From a virus (lineage: Duplodnaviria > Heunggongvirae > Uroviricota > Caudoviricetes), in IMG/VR virus record IMGVR_UViG_2698536657_000012, positions 1 through 10,433 of that record: a stretch of DNA of 10,433 bases. The stretch is one strand, 5' to 3'. The notes under the pieces are model-generated. The model searched no databases. It was not told the DNA's origin and worked only from the letters and a program-made list of their open reading frames with translations. Every line of letters begins with the position of its first letter. Position 1 is the stretch's first letter. Positions 1 to 6,420 of this stretch are shown one piece after another. A program made the position numbers and the translations under genes.

Positions 1-6
1 GCATGC

Positions 7-252
7 TTACATCATCATGTCGCTGTCGGGTGTGGGTTCACCGCCATCTGAAGCACTCCCGTCACCCGCAATGCCTTCCGGCTCCGGAACAGCCGGTGCG
101 CCCAGCAGTTCATCCAGAATGGCATCCACTTCTGCATCAAGACGCGACTCAAGGTTCTGGCGGAGTTTCTGTTTCAGTGCGCTCAGGACTTCTTCAGAGC
201 GCAGGACTTCCTTCAATGCTTCAGCAGTGACCAGGGGTTTTACTTCTGACAT
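7..252 (-). CDS. Hypothetical small acidic protein, 82 aa from the ATG at 250-252 (MSEVKPLVTAEALKEV...); the ORF-track ORF extends to 414 but has no better start
   Basis: Complete ORF with TAA stop at 7-9; helix-like, non-repetitive composition, unlike the S/R-rich overlapping plus-strand ORFs; weak SD (GAGAAAA). Function not recognised. Confidence 0.4.
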   Translation of the reverse strand: MSEVKPLVTAEALKEVLRSEEVLSALKQKLRQNLESRLDAEVDAILDELLGAPAVPEPEGIAGDGSASDGGEPTPDSDMMM

Positions 253-277
253 AGGATTTTCTCGCTGAAAGGGGTTA

Positions 278-460
278 TTAAGGAGTAATGGGCTCTTCGG
301 GTTTGCTTCCGGCTGACTGACTGGCGCTGATTTTCTCTGCGGCCCTTTTATCAATCTGCCTGCGCCAGAAATCGCGCACTGCCCTGTACCCACCTGAAAG
401 AAGATACAGCACACAGACCGCCGTACAGAAGTACAGCATCACCTGATGAATAAATATCAT
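278..460 (-). CDS. Small predicted membrane protein, 60 aa: one N-terminal hydrophobic helix (IFIHQVMLYFCTAVCVLYLL) and a charged C-terminal tail
   Basis: ATG at 458-460, TAA stop at 278-280; strongly hydrophobic N-terminus followed by a basic/acidic tail; lies directly downstream of nanS-p in the same orientation. Confidence 0.4.
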   Translation of the reverse strand: MIFIHQVMLYFCTAVCVLYLLSGGYRAVRDFWRRQIDKRAAEKISASQSAGSKPEEPITP

Positions 461-478
461 AATTTCTTACCGTTATGG

Positions 479-508
479 TTGACAATGAGAACTGTTTTCA
501 TTTAAAAA
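479..508 (+). promoter_or_regulatory. Candidate sigma70 promoter on the plus strand: perfect -35 TTGACA (479-484), A/T-rich -10 region (TTTAAAAA, about 501-508)
   Basis: Consensus -35 hexamer with a 16-18 nt spacer to a weak -10; would start a plus-strand transcript about 80 nt upstream of the terminator at 558-594. Confidence 0.3.
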
Positions 509-557
509 ACCAATGTACGAAAGCATCTTTTCTTTATTTTCTCCATGGGTATTACCA

Positions 558-594
558 CCGCCAGCTTCCATTCCTGCCGCTGGCGGCTTTTTTT
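558..594 (+). terminator. Intrinsic-terminator-like hairpin (CCGCCAGC ... GCTGGCGG) followed by T7 on the plus strand
   Basis: 8-bp GC-rich stem with a ~13-nt loop, then TTTTTTT on the plus strand; on the minus strand it is preceded by A7 and not followed by a U-tract. It sits just 3' of the nanS-p stop codon (600-602). Confidence 0.5.
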
Positions 595-599
595 AGCAA

Positions 600-2558
600 T
601 TATGCGGCTGCTCCAGCTTTGTTTGCTTTAACTTCCACCGTATCAATAAGTACAGGGTAAGTTTCAGCAGTACCTGTAATATCCGTAATGACAAACCTGT
701 TGAGTTCATTAGCAGTATTGGCCCATTTCACCAGGTCAAACGCCTGTCCATCCACGCCATCAAACACCGGAGTAACATTAATGCTGTTACTGCCCTTAAA
801 TTTAAATGCAAGCGTATGCCAGTCATGGTCGAATGCGCCAAACGTGCCAAGTTCTTTTTGTTGATTACCTGTATGATGGTATGCAACATCAATACTGGCT
901 TTATCTGTCTGGACAAAGAAAGAACTCAGATAGCCTTCACCACCCTCACCCGGCCATTCCGCTATTCGCCAGTACAAACCAAAGGCATACTTGTTTCTGG
1001 TTGTTTCAAGATTGACGTTTTCAGGGATTTTAAACCGGACAGCAATTTCCCCGCCTTTTTCCAGTAACAGTTTTGCCTTGTCTGCAGCAATATCACAGTA
1101 CATTGACCAGGATTTCGCGCTGTTATTTTTCTCAATTCGCAGAGCTTTATTGCCGCTGTCATCAACCAGTGTGCGTCTGCCATCCATACCGTCCCAGCCA
1201 TAAGGTTTCAGCTGATTGTCCGAAGCTTTTTTGGCATCGTAGAGAATGACAGACTCCGAAGTGGCAACCGTATTTTCTTCATTATGAGCTTCAGAAGCTG
1301 GCGATGAAGAAGATGTTGGCGCCTCTTCCGGTGCTGTTACTTCTGTAATACCATTCACAAAGGCAGATGATTTACCTGCATAGGTTACAATTGCTGTTGC
1401 CAGTCGATCCGAAACGATACCTCGACGAGCCCATGAGCTAAAATGGCTATCTCTGTACTGTGACGTCCATGTTGTTGAACTATCACGCCATCTGGAGCCA
1501 TAATATCCAATAGCTTCAATATCCGGGTCTTCCTCGGGCTTATTGGTTGTAACATTTGCATTATTTTCATCCGTCATAAACGGAACAAAATAAATAGCCT
1601 TATCCGTTTTCCCTTTGTAACCACCGTACACAACTTCATATTGAGACGCGTATTTGGTTTTCCAGTAATACGTGGTATCGCCGCAAATCCAGGGGACTTT
1701 CGCAGCACTACCATATACGCATTGAGCATCATATTTCTCTAACTCAGTGCGGAAACCTTCAACCATTTTCAGGAAAAGTGCATTGTGTTCTGCATGTTTT
1801 CCGGCAGCCATATCTGCCTCACCCTGCATCCAGACAACGCCAAGAAATACGTTCTTTTTGTTTTTGTCTAATGCAGCTTTGGTTCTGGCAACCAGATCTT
1901 TATATAGAGGTGTCCCAAGCCCCCATTTTGATGATGCGTCGATTGCGCCAGAGGCTTCATAATACTGTCCTTCTGTTCCGGTACTAAAGCCTGATCCGCC
2001 ACGTCCACAAGGGACCAGCAGAATACCTGCATTAGCAGGGATAAATGGCAGTAGTTTCTTACCAATATGCAAACCCTGGCCAACACAACCGTATTCTGCA
2101 TCTTTAGCTTTGGGGTGTTTTAGCCTGGTCATATCTTCAACATCATGAAGACAATGGTCTGCCGGAATGATGTCGTTATATTTACAGGGAGTACCTCCCG
2201 GTGTCACCGTACTGCGACGCGCCAGCTGCTTAATACGCGGGTCCGGACGGTCATATGTCTCCGGCAGCGGAAGGCCTTCACCATATGCCATGCTGTTTGA
2301 CTGGCCAGCCAGCGTAATCACGTAGTAATACTCCGGGTCGCTGGTGGCGCTGATAACTGTGCCTTCTCCATCCGACGGCTTCACCACCACAGGTGTGGTG
2401 ACATCACCTTCCGCCGCAATGGCCTGCATCAGGGTATAAGGCGTGATGGCCACCGGGCTGCCAAATGGCTGCCACCCCTCCTTCAGTTTTTGAGTCAGTC
2501 GCTCCGCAAGGTCTGACGGCGACGCCGCCCTGACCACGTCATAGTGTTTAAATGCCAT
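600..2558 (-). CDS. nanS-p: Prophage-encoded sialate (9-O-acetyl-Neu5Ac) O-acetylesterase NanS-p: N-terminal DUF1737-like region, SGNH/SASA esterase core with GQSN motif, C-terminal carbohydrate-binding-like region
   Basis: 652-aa ORF with ATG at 2556-2558 and strong SD (GGGAGG); ITLAGQSNSMAYGEG esterase motif; N-terminus MAFKHYDVV typical of the family; position downstream of the tRNA/toxin locus as in Stx prophages. Confidence 0.88.
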   Translation of the reverse strand: MAFKHYDVVRAASPSDLAERLTQKLKEGWQPFGSPVAITPYTLMQAIAAEGDVTTPVVVKPSDGEGTVISATSDPEYYYVITLAGQSNSMAYGEGLPLPETYDRPDPRIKQLARRSTVTPGGTPCKYNDIIPADHCLHDVEDMTRLKHPKAKDAEYGCVGQGLHIGKKLLPFIPANAGILLVPCGRGGSGFSTGTEGQYYEASGAIDASSKWGLGTPLYKDLVARTKAALDKNKKNVFLGVVWMQGEADMAAGKHAEHNALFLKMVEGFRTELEKYDAQCVYGSAAKVPWICGDTTYYWKTKYASQYEVVYGGYKGKTDKAIYFVPFMTDENNANVTTNKPEEDPDIEAIGYYGSRWRDSSTTWTSQYRDSHFSSWARRGIVSDRLATAIVTYAGKSSAFVNGITEVTAPEEAPTSSSSPASEAHNEENTVATSESVILYDAKKASDNQLKPYGWDGMDGRRTLVDDSGNKALRIEKNNSAKSWSMYCDIAADKAKLLLEKGGEIAVRFKIPENVNLETTRNKYAFGLYWRIAEWPGEGGEGYLSSFFVQTDKASIDVAYHHTGNQQKELGTFGAFDHDWHTLAFKFKGSNSINVTPVFDGVDGQAFDLVKWANTANELNRFVITDITGTAETYPVLIDTVEVKANKAGAAA

Positions 2559-2755
2559 GAATCCTCCCGGTCGGGATAATGTTGTGAGTCAGATAAGGGG
2601 CGGGCTGAAGTCCGGAAGTTACAGGACAATGACAGAAGGAAGACTACAGCCCGCAATACGAAAAAGGCCGCGCAGTTGCGCAGAGTGATTACTGTCGGGT
2701 ATTATTCGCCAGCTGAAAAATTGATTACTTCACGTTTTGTTGTTTATTCCTTGCT

Positions 2756-2784
2756 GCCCGCATCTCACCATGCGGGCTTTTTTT
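2756..2784 (+). terminator. Plus-strand intrinsic terminator: GCCCGCAT-ctcacc-ATGCGGGC followed by TTTTTTT
   Basis: Perfect 8-bp stem, 6-nt loop, T7 run immediately 3' on the plus strand. Confidence 0.5.
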
Positions 2785-2788
2785 ATCC

Positions 2789-2815
2789 ATAAGAAAGCCC
2801 CTCCGGAGAGGGGCT
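2789..2815 (-). terminator. Minus-strand intrinsic terminator T1: AGCCCCTC-(4-nt loop)-GAGGGGCT followed by UUCUUAU; marks the end of repeat copy 1
   Basis: Perfect 8-bp GC-rich stem; U-rich tract only on the minus strand. Confidence 0.5.
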
Positions 2816-3045
2816 GGAGTAGCGCTATGTACCGTTCATTGCATGATGCCGGGTGCCTCCCGGTGAGTTCAGCCCGGTGCCACCGAACCCGCGTCATTCT
2901 CGCTAACGATCATCAGAGACCATACCGTACACCAGCCGCCCCTCCGCACAGGGGGATTCATCATGCAGAAATTTTTTAACAAATTCTCAGTCGGGAAGAC
3001 AACCTTCAACTGACTGAATTGTGAGCAACATAGCATTTAACGGGG
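2796..3045. repeat. Copy 1 of a tandemly duplicated ~250-nt structured non-coding element (period ~487 bp)
   Basis: Shares with copy 2: AAAGCCCCTCCGGAGAGGGGCTG (23/23); TGCCGGGTGCCTCCCGGTGAGTTCAG (26/26); GAACCCGC; GCCCCTCCGC(A/T)CAGGGGGATTCA(T/C)CATGC; TTTTAACAAA; CTGAATTGTGAG ... CGGGG. The same order and spacing are preserved. Confidence 0.7.
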
Positions 3046-3059
3046 AACCTGTTTTCTGC

Positions 3060-3090
3060 AGTAAAAAGGCCCACCGGAGCGGACGGGCCT
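3060..3090 (-). terminator. Minus-strand terminator-like hairpin (AGGCCC ... GGGCCT) followed by UUUUUAC
   Basis: 6-bp outer stem plus inner CCG/CGG pairs; T5 on the minus strand; lies in the spacer between the two repeat copies. Confidence 0.35.
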
Positions 3091-3275
3091 GGAAGGATAG
3101 CGGTCATGTGATGCCGGTTTCCCGGTAACTCAGCACCGGTATCTGAGTCAACGTTTTCTCTACTGGGTCATTTCCGATACGCCCTGCCTGCTGACAGGCT
3201 TTCATCACATCTGAAAATATAGCACCCTGACTGATACTGTAGTACCCAAGGTTCCAGAAACTGTGATGTATCCGG

Positions 3276-3303
3276 CACAGAAAAGCCCCTCCGGAGAGGG
3301 GCT
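3276..3303 (-). terminator. Minus-strand intrinsic terminator T2: same AGCCCCTC/GAGGGGCT hairpin as T1, followed by UUUUCUGUG; marks the end of repeat copy 2
   Basis: Identical 8-bp stem to copy 1; U-rich tract on the minus strand only. Confidence 0.5.
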
Positions 3304-3530
3304 GACGCTGCGTATCTGTATCATCATGCGCATGGTGCCGGGTGCCTCCCGGTGAGTTCAGTATCAGCACCTGAACCCGCACAGAAAGGATAAGGGATGT
3401 AACCAAACACCTGTCGCTGATATGCCCCTCCGCTCAGGGGGATTCACCATGCCAGTTTCTTTTAACAAACTCCCCGCAAATCAGACAACTGTCAACCGTC
3501 TGAATTGTGAGACATTTAAAATTTTCGGGG
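3284..3530. repeat. Copy 2 of the tandemly duplicated ~250-nt structured non-coding element
   Basis: See copy 1; conserved blocks are identical in order and offset by 486-489 nt; intervening sequence has diverged. Confidence 0.7.
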
Positions 3531-3581
3531 CAACAGGAAGACAATCATCACGACACCGGCAACCAGCGACCGGCACCAGAT

Positions 3582-4517
3582 TTAACGTATGTGCACACAA
3601 CCTGAACCGGCATCAAAAAACAAACCGTGCACTGACAGAAAACGGGAAACCTCCGTCCGCTGATCATCACTCATTAAGGACCACACAAAGGCGTTATGCT
3701 CATCTTCAAGTTTCCGTCTTCTTGTTTGCCTTACAAGCAACTCAGCCGTCACCTGTACAATGTCAATGACCTCCTTCTCTTCAGCAATGTACGGCCTGTT
3801 CCAGTTGTCTGTGTTAATCTTCTCCGTCACCGGCGCTGACTTTTTGCAAGTTTCCCCATTAAACCCGACGCCATAAACAACAACATCATCGCTTTGCTTT
3901 TCGTTATCAATAATGACGAATAATACAGAAACCGATGTATCAGCGAACCCGCCTGAAATCTGAACCAACTCAACAACGCGGTTGCCAAAATACTGACGCA
4001 TTGCCAGCTCACCACGCCTGTAACCAACCCCGGGAAAGCACAAAAAAAATGAAAATCTTGCCTTCATGCTCGCCAGAACATAAAACGCGTCATCCAGAAC
4101 ACCGGAGGTCTTTTTATAAGGCATCATCGCTGAAATCTTCTCCCTGATATCCGCGCTCTGTGCTTTGTACTGTAGCGAAAAAGGCGGATTCATGATGACA
4201 CAATCGAACGTGTCCGTGTCACTGACATCATCGATGGCGTTGAAGAAATTTTCATTGACCGTCTTCACTGTGGCATCCGGGAAATTATCCGGGATATGCA
4301 CCAACGGAGAGGCCTGTATATCCACAGCATACAGACTTCCCACCGTGAGAAACTGCTCCAGTTGCCCGGAGCCACACGCACCATCAAAAATACTCAGGGG
4401 CAGATCACCACAATATTCCCGCACTTTTTCAGCGACAAACCGACGCAAAGGAACGGACGTGATGTACTCTGCGTATTTTCTGGCGACATCGCGATTATTG
4501 GACTCCTGAAAAACCAT
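3582..4517 (-). CDS. Putative orphan gamma-class N6-adenine (amino) DNA methyltransferase-like protein (311 aa from ATG at 4517; 331 aa if the GTG at 4577 is used)
   Basis: Motif I FDGACGSGQL followed about 65 aa later by motif IV NPPF (order I then IV = gamma class); no adjacent restriction gene; neither candidate start has a clear SD. Target (DNA versus RNA) cannot be told from sequence alone. Confidence 0.6.
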   Translation of the reverse strand: MVFQESNNRDVARKYAEYITSVPLRRFVAEKVREYCGDLPLSIFDGACGSGQLEQFLTVGSLYAVDIQASPLVHIPDNFPDATVKTVNENFFNAIDDVSDTDTFDCVIMNPPFSLQYKAQSADIREKISAMMPYKKTSGVLDDAFYVLASMKARFSFFLCFPGVGYRRGELAMRQYFGNRVVELVQISGGFADTSVSVLFVIIDNEKQSDDVVVYGVGFNGETCKKSAPVTEKINTDNWNRPYIAEEKEVIDIVQVTAELLVRQTRRRKLEDEHNAFVWSLMSDDQRTEVSRFLSVHGLFFDAGSGCVHIR

Positions 4518-4602
4518 TTGTGAAAGGCTCTGTGGTTGATATGCGCCGGGCGTGGCGCGGAGGCAAAAAAGGCCCACAAAAGCGAGCCAGGAAAAATAAG
4601 TG

Positions 4603-4679
4603 TGGTGCGTTGTACTGGATTCGAACCCGTGACCGATTGCTTAGAAGGCAATTGCTCTGTCCGGCTGAGCTAACAACGC
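4603..4679 (-). tRNA. argO: tRNA-Arg (anticodon UCU)
   Basis: 77 nt; acceptor stem GCGTTGT/ACAACGC, discriminator A and encoded CCA; D-arm GCTC...GAGC; anticodon loop CTTCTAA; T-loop TTCGAAT. Gene symbol assigned from the ileZ-argN-argO order known in Stx prophages. Confidence 0.85.
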
Positions 4680-4692
4680 AGTGTACAGATAA

Positions 4693-4769
4693 TGGACCGC
4701 CATCGAGGACTCGAACCCCGCGCAACCAGCTTCGAAGGCTGGCGCTCTATCCCGATGAGCTAATGGCGG
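4693..4769 (-). tRNA. argN: tRNA-Arg (anticodon UCG)
   Basis: 77 nt; acceptor CCGCCAT/ATGGCGG with encoded CCA; anticodon stem CCAGC/GCTGG with loop CTTCGAA; T-arm CGGGG-TTCGAGT-CCTCG. Confidence 0.8.
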
Positions 4770-4776
4770 TATGTGA

Positions 4777-4852
4777 TGGTGGCCCTTGCTGGATTTGAAC
4801 CAGCGACCTGGCGATTATGAGTCGCTCGCTCTCACCACTGAGCTAAAGGGCC
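4777..4852 (-). tRNA. ileZ: tRNA with CAU anticodon, ileX-like (tRNA-Ile2, lysidine type) rather than Met
   Basis: 76 nt; GGCCCTT acceptor stem, anticodon loop CTCATAA, T-loop TTCAAAT, encoded CCA; overall close to E. coli ileX as recalled from memory. Confidence 0.8.
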
Positions 4853-4861
4853 GGGCGCAGG

Positions 4862-4890
4862 ATAATAACGGTACGTAACTAATCCTGCAA
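4862..4890 (-). promoter_or_regulatory. Candidate sigma70 promoter for the tRNA cluster: -35 TTGCAG, 17-nt spacer, -10 TATTAT, about 8 nt upstream of the tRNA-Ile 5' end
   Basis: Read on the minus strand: TTGCAGgattagttacgtaccgtTATTATcctgcgcc followed by the tRNA; -10 matches 5/6. Confidence 0.45.
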
Positions 4891-4892
4891 TA

Positions 4893-5951
4893 TCATCCGT
4901 TCTGACTGGCTAAATCCTGAACTTCCCTGACCGTCTGCTCAAAACGTTCAGTCTCCAGCTCAACGCCAGTTGCACGACGCCCCAGCGCCATCGCTGCTTT
5001 GACTGTCGAACCCGACCCCATGAAAAAATCTGCAACCAGGTCACCCGGACGACTGCTCGCGCTGATTATCTGCTGCAGCATTTCTGCCGGTTTTTCGCAC
5101 GGATGTTTCCCGGGATAGTACTGCACCGGTTTATGCGTCCACACATCGGTGTACGGCACCTGCGCCGTCACACCGAAATACCGCCGCAGATGCTTATATT
5201 CACTCTGCAGTTCCGTATAGTGTCGGTTCAGTTCACTGTATGTGCTGACCAGTTGGTGATGTGGCTTTTCCAGTTCTCCGCGCTGATGCTTCTCTTCTGC
5301 CACCCGGGCAAACAGCGCCTGTAATTTCAGATAATCGCTTTCGTCCGGTAGCTGCCACTGACTGGCACTGAACCAGTGCGACACCATGTTTTTCTTTCCT
5401 GTGGCATCAGCAATCTGTTTTGCCGTTATCCCCAGGGCAGCACGTGCATCACGAAAGTAAGCAATCAGCGGGGCCATCACATGCTGTTTCAGTGCCCTGC
5501 CCTTCGCCTCATACCCGGCATCTTTCGGACGATACGGCCCCTGATAATGTTCCGCGAACAGAATGCGCTCTGTGGCGGGGAAATACGCCCTCAGGCTTTC
5601 CTTGTTGCACCCGTTCCAGCGTCCGGACGGCTTCGCCCAGATAATATGGTTCAGCACACTGAAGCGTTCACGCATCATGATTTCAATGTCAGATGCCAGG
5701 CGATGGCCACAGAACAGGTAAAGACTTCCGGCAGGTTTCAGCACCCGCCAGAACTGCGCCAGACACTGGTCCAGCCACTTCAGGTAATCATCGTCGCCCT
5801 TCCACTGGTTATCCCAGCCCTCAGGCTTCACTTTAAAGTACGGCGGGTCCGTGACTATCAGGTCAACAGAATTTTCGGGTAACGACCGGATAAATTCCAG
5901 GCAGTCGGCGTTGATTAACTCACAACTGGATATTTTTACAGTATTAAGCAT
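4893..5951 (-). CDS. DNA methyltransferase, beta-class N6-adenine/N4-cytosine family (PF01555-like), 352 aa
   Basis: N-terminal motif IV (SVDLIVTDPPYF) and C-terminal motif I (DFFMGSGSTVKAA): the order IV then I is the beta-class hallmark. No adjacent endonuclease ORF. Confidence 0.88.
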   Translation of the reverse strand: MLNTVKISSCELINADCLEFIRSLPENSVDLIVTDPPYFKVKPEGWDNQWKGDDDYLKWLDQCLAQFWRVLKPAGSLYLFCGHRLASDIEIMMRERFSVLNHIIWAKPSGRWNGCNKESLRAYFPATERILFAEHYQGPYRPKDAGYEAKGRALKQHVMAPLIAYFRDARAALGITAKQIADATGKKNMVSHWFSASQWQLPDESDYLKLQALFARVAEEKHQRGELEKPHHQLVSTYSELNRHYTELQSEYKHLRRYFGVTAQVPYTDVWTHKPVQYYPGKHPCEKPAEMLQQIISASSRPGDLVADFFMGSGSTVKAAMALGRRATGVELETERFEQTVREVQDLASQNG

Positions 5952-6084
5952 GGATCATTAAGCCTGTCTCTGATAGGCTCATTCTGCTTTTGCGCAAAGC
6001 AGTGGGCCTGAGGTTTGCTTGTGATCCGGACGCATGAGCAGATGGCTGGTGAGTGCCCCTAACACCCACCAGCCGCCCATTTAC

Positions 6085-6115
6085 CACAAATAAAAAAGCC
6101 TTCAGGACTGAAGGC
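6085..6115 (-). terminator. Minus-strand intrinsic terminator: GCCTTCA-GGAC-TGAAGGC followed by UUUUUUAUUUG; overlaps the stop codon of the wHTH ORF
   Basis: 7-8 bp stem and a long U-tract on the minus strand. Confidence 0.55.
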
Positions 6116-6299
6116 GTCTGTAACAACCGAACTGATAGTCTGCCAGACCCGCCATAACAAGCTGGGTCAGTATTAACTGGCAGCGTTCACGTGAAAGATA
6201 AGTATTCTGCGCAATCTCCCCGACTGTCGCCGGTTCGGTGGCACTTAATTCATTAAACACCACTCTGGCGGTTTCTGTCATATCCTGCTGTTTCAGCAT
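6102..6299 (-). CDS. Small (about 65 aa) winged-helix/HTH-like protein, putative DNA-binding regulator (MLKQQDMTETARVVFNELSATEPATVGEIAQNTYLSRERCQLILTQLVMAGL...)
   Basis: ORF-track ORF 6102-6335 has a TTG at its 5' end; the first ATG has an SD (AAGGGAAAAAG). The TVGEIAQ...LSRERCQLILTQL segment looks like an HTH recognition unit. Family not identified. Confidence 0.5.
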   Translation of the reverse strand: MLKQQDMTETARVVFNELSATEPATVGEIAQNTYLSRERCQLILTQLVMAGLADYQFGCYRRLQS

Positions 6300-6420
6300 G
6301 TCTTTTTCCCTTTTCCGGTTAACGTGACACACCAATAACTCTTGTCAAAAAAGCCAGCAAGCTGAAAGACCGGTATTCACCACCACCAGCGCGTTTACTG
6401 TACTGACGAGATTTTCGGAC

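Noticed and set aside
3-268. Plus-strand ORFs 3-230 and 17-268 overlapping the acidic small ORF
   Set aside because: S/R/P-rich low-complexity translations with no RBS; the minus-strand frame is more protein-like.
281-320. Perfect SD (AAGGAG) plus ATG at 288 on the plus strand giving a 10-aa peptide
   Set aside because: Frame closes after 10 codons and the site overlaps the stop region of the small membrane ORF; probably fortuitous.
2737-2979. 80-aa plus-strand ORF
   Set aside because: Runs through two terminator hairpins and the conserved repeat blocks; no RBS; most likely a chance open frame in GC-rich structured DNA.
3014-3025. AATTGTGAGC, identical to a lac operator half-site, in repeat copy 1
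   Set aside because: Only a 10-nt half-site with no dyad partner; copy 2 diverges at the last base (AATTGTGAGA); a chance match is expected at this length.
3104-3406. 100-aa minus-strand ORF spanning the spacer between the repeat copies
   Set aside because: Starts at a TTG inside the repeat and crosses a predicted terminator; the only ATG would give 33 aa with no RBS; composition is not protein-like.
2796-3530. Possibility that the tandem repeat is a CRISPR array
   Set aside because: Period is ~487 bp with ~250-nt repeat units, only two copies and no short direct-repeat/spacer structure; not CRISPR-like.
3422-3769. 115-aa plus-strand ORF starting inside repeat copy 2 and running antisense into the MTase-like gene
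   Set aside because: Only its first ~16 codons are shared with copy 1, where the frame stops after 16 aa; the rest overlaps a better-supported gene on the other strand. Treated as read-through of a mini-ORF, not a real 115-aa protein.
2559-4602. Searched for stxA/stxB or remnants of them between the tRNAs and nanS-p
   Set aside because: No open frame resembles the Shiga toxin A or B subunit (signal peptide, N-glycosidase or B-pentamer sequence); this prophage is stx-negative at this locus.
5376-5882. 168-aa plus-strand ORF, with similar antisense ORFs at 806-1067, 1747-1987, 7713-8051, 8413-8880 and 9053-9448
   Set aside because: Each lies entirely antisense within a well-supported minus-strand gene (MTase, nanS-p, DUF968, orf144), with no RBS and low-complexity or biased composition.
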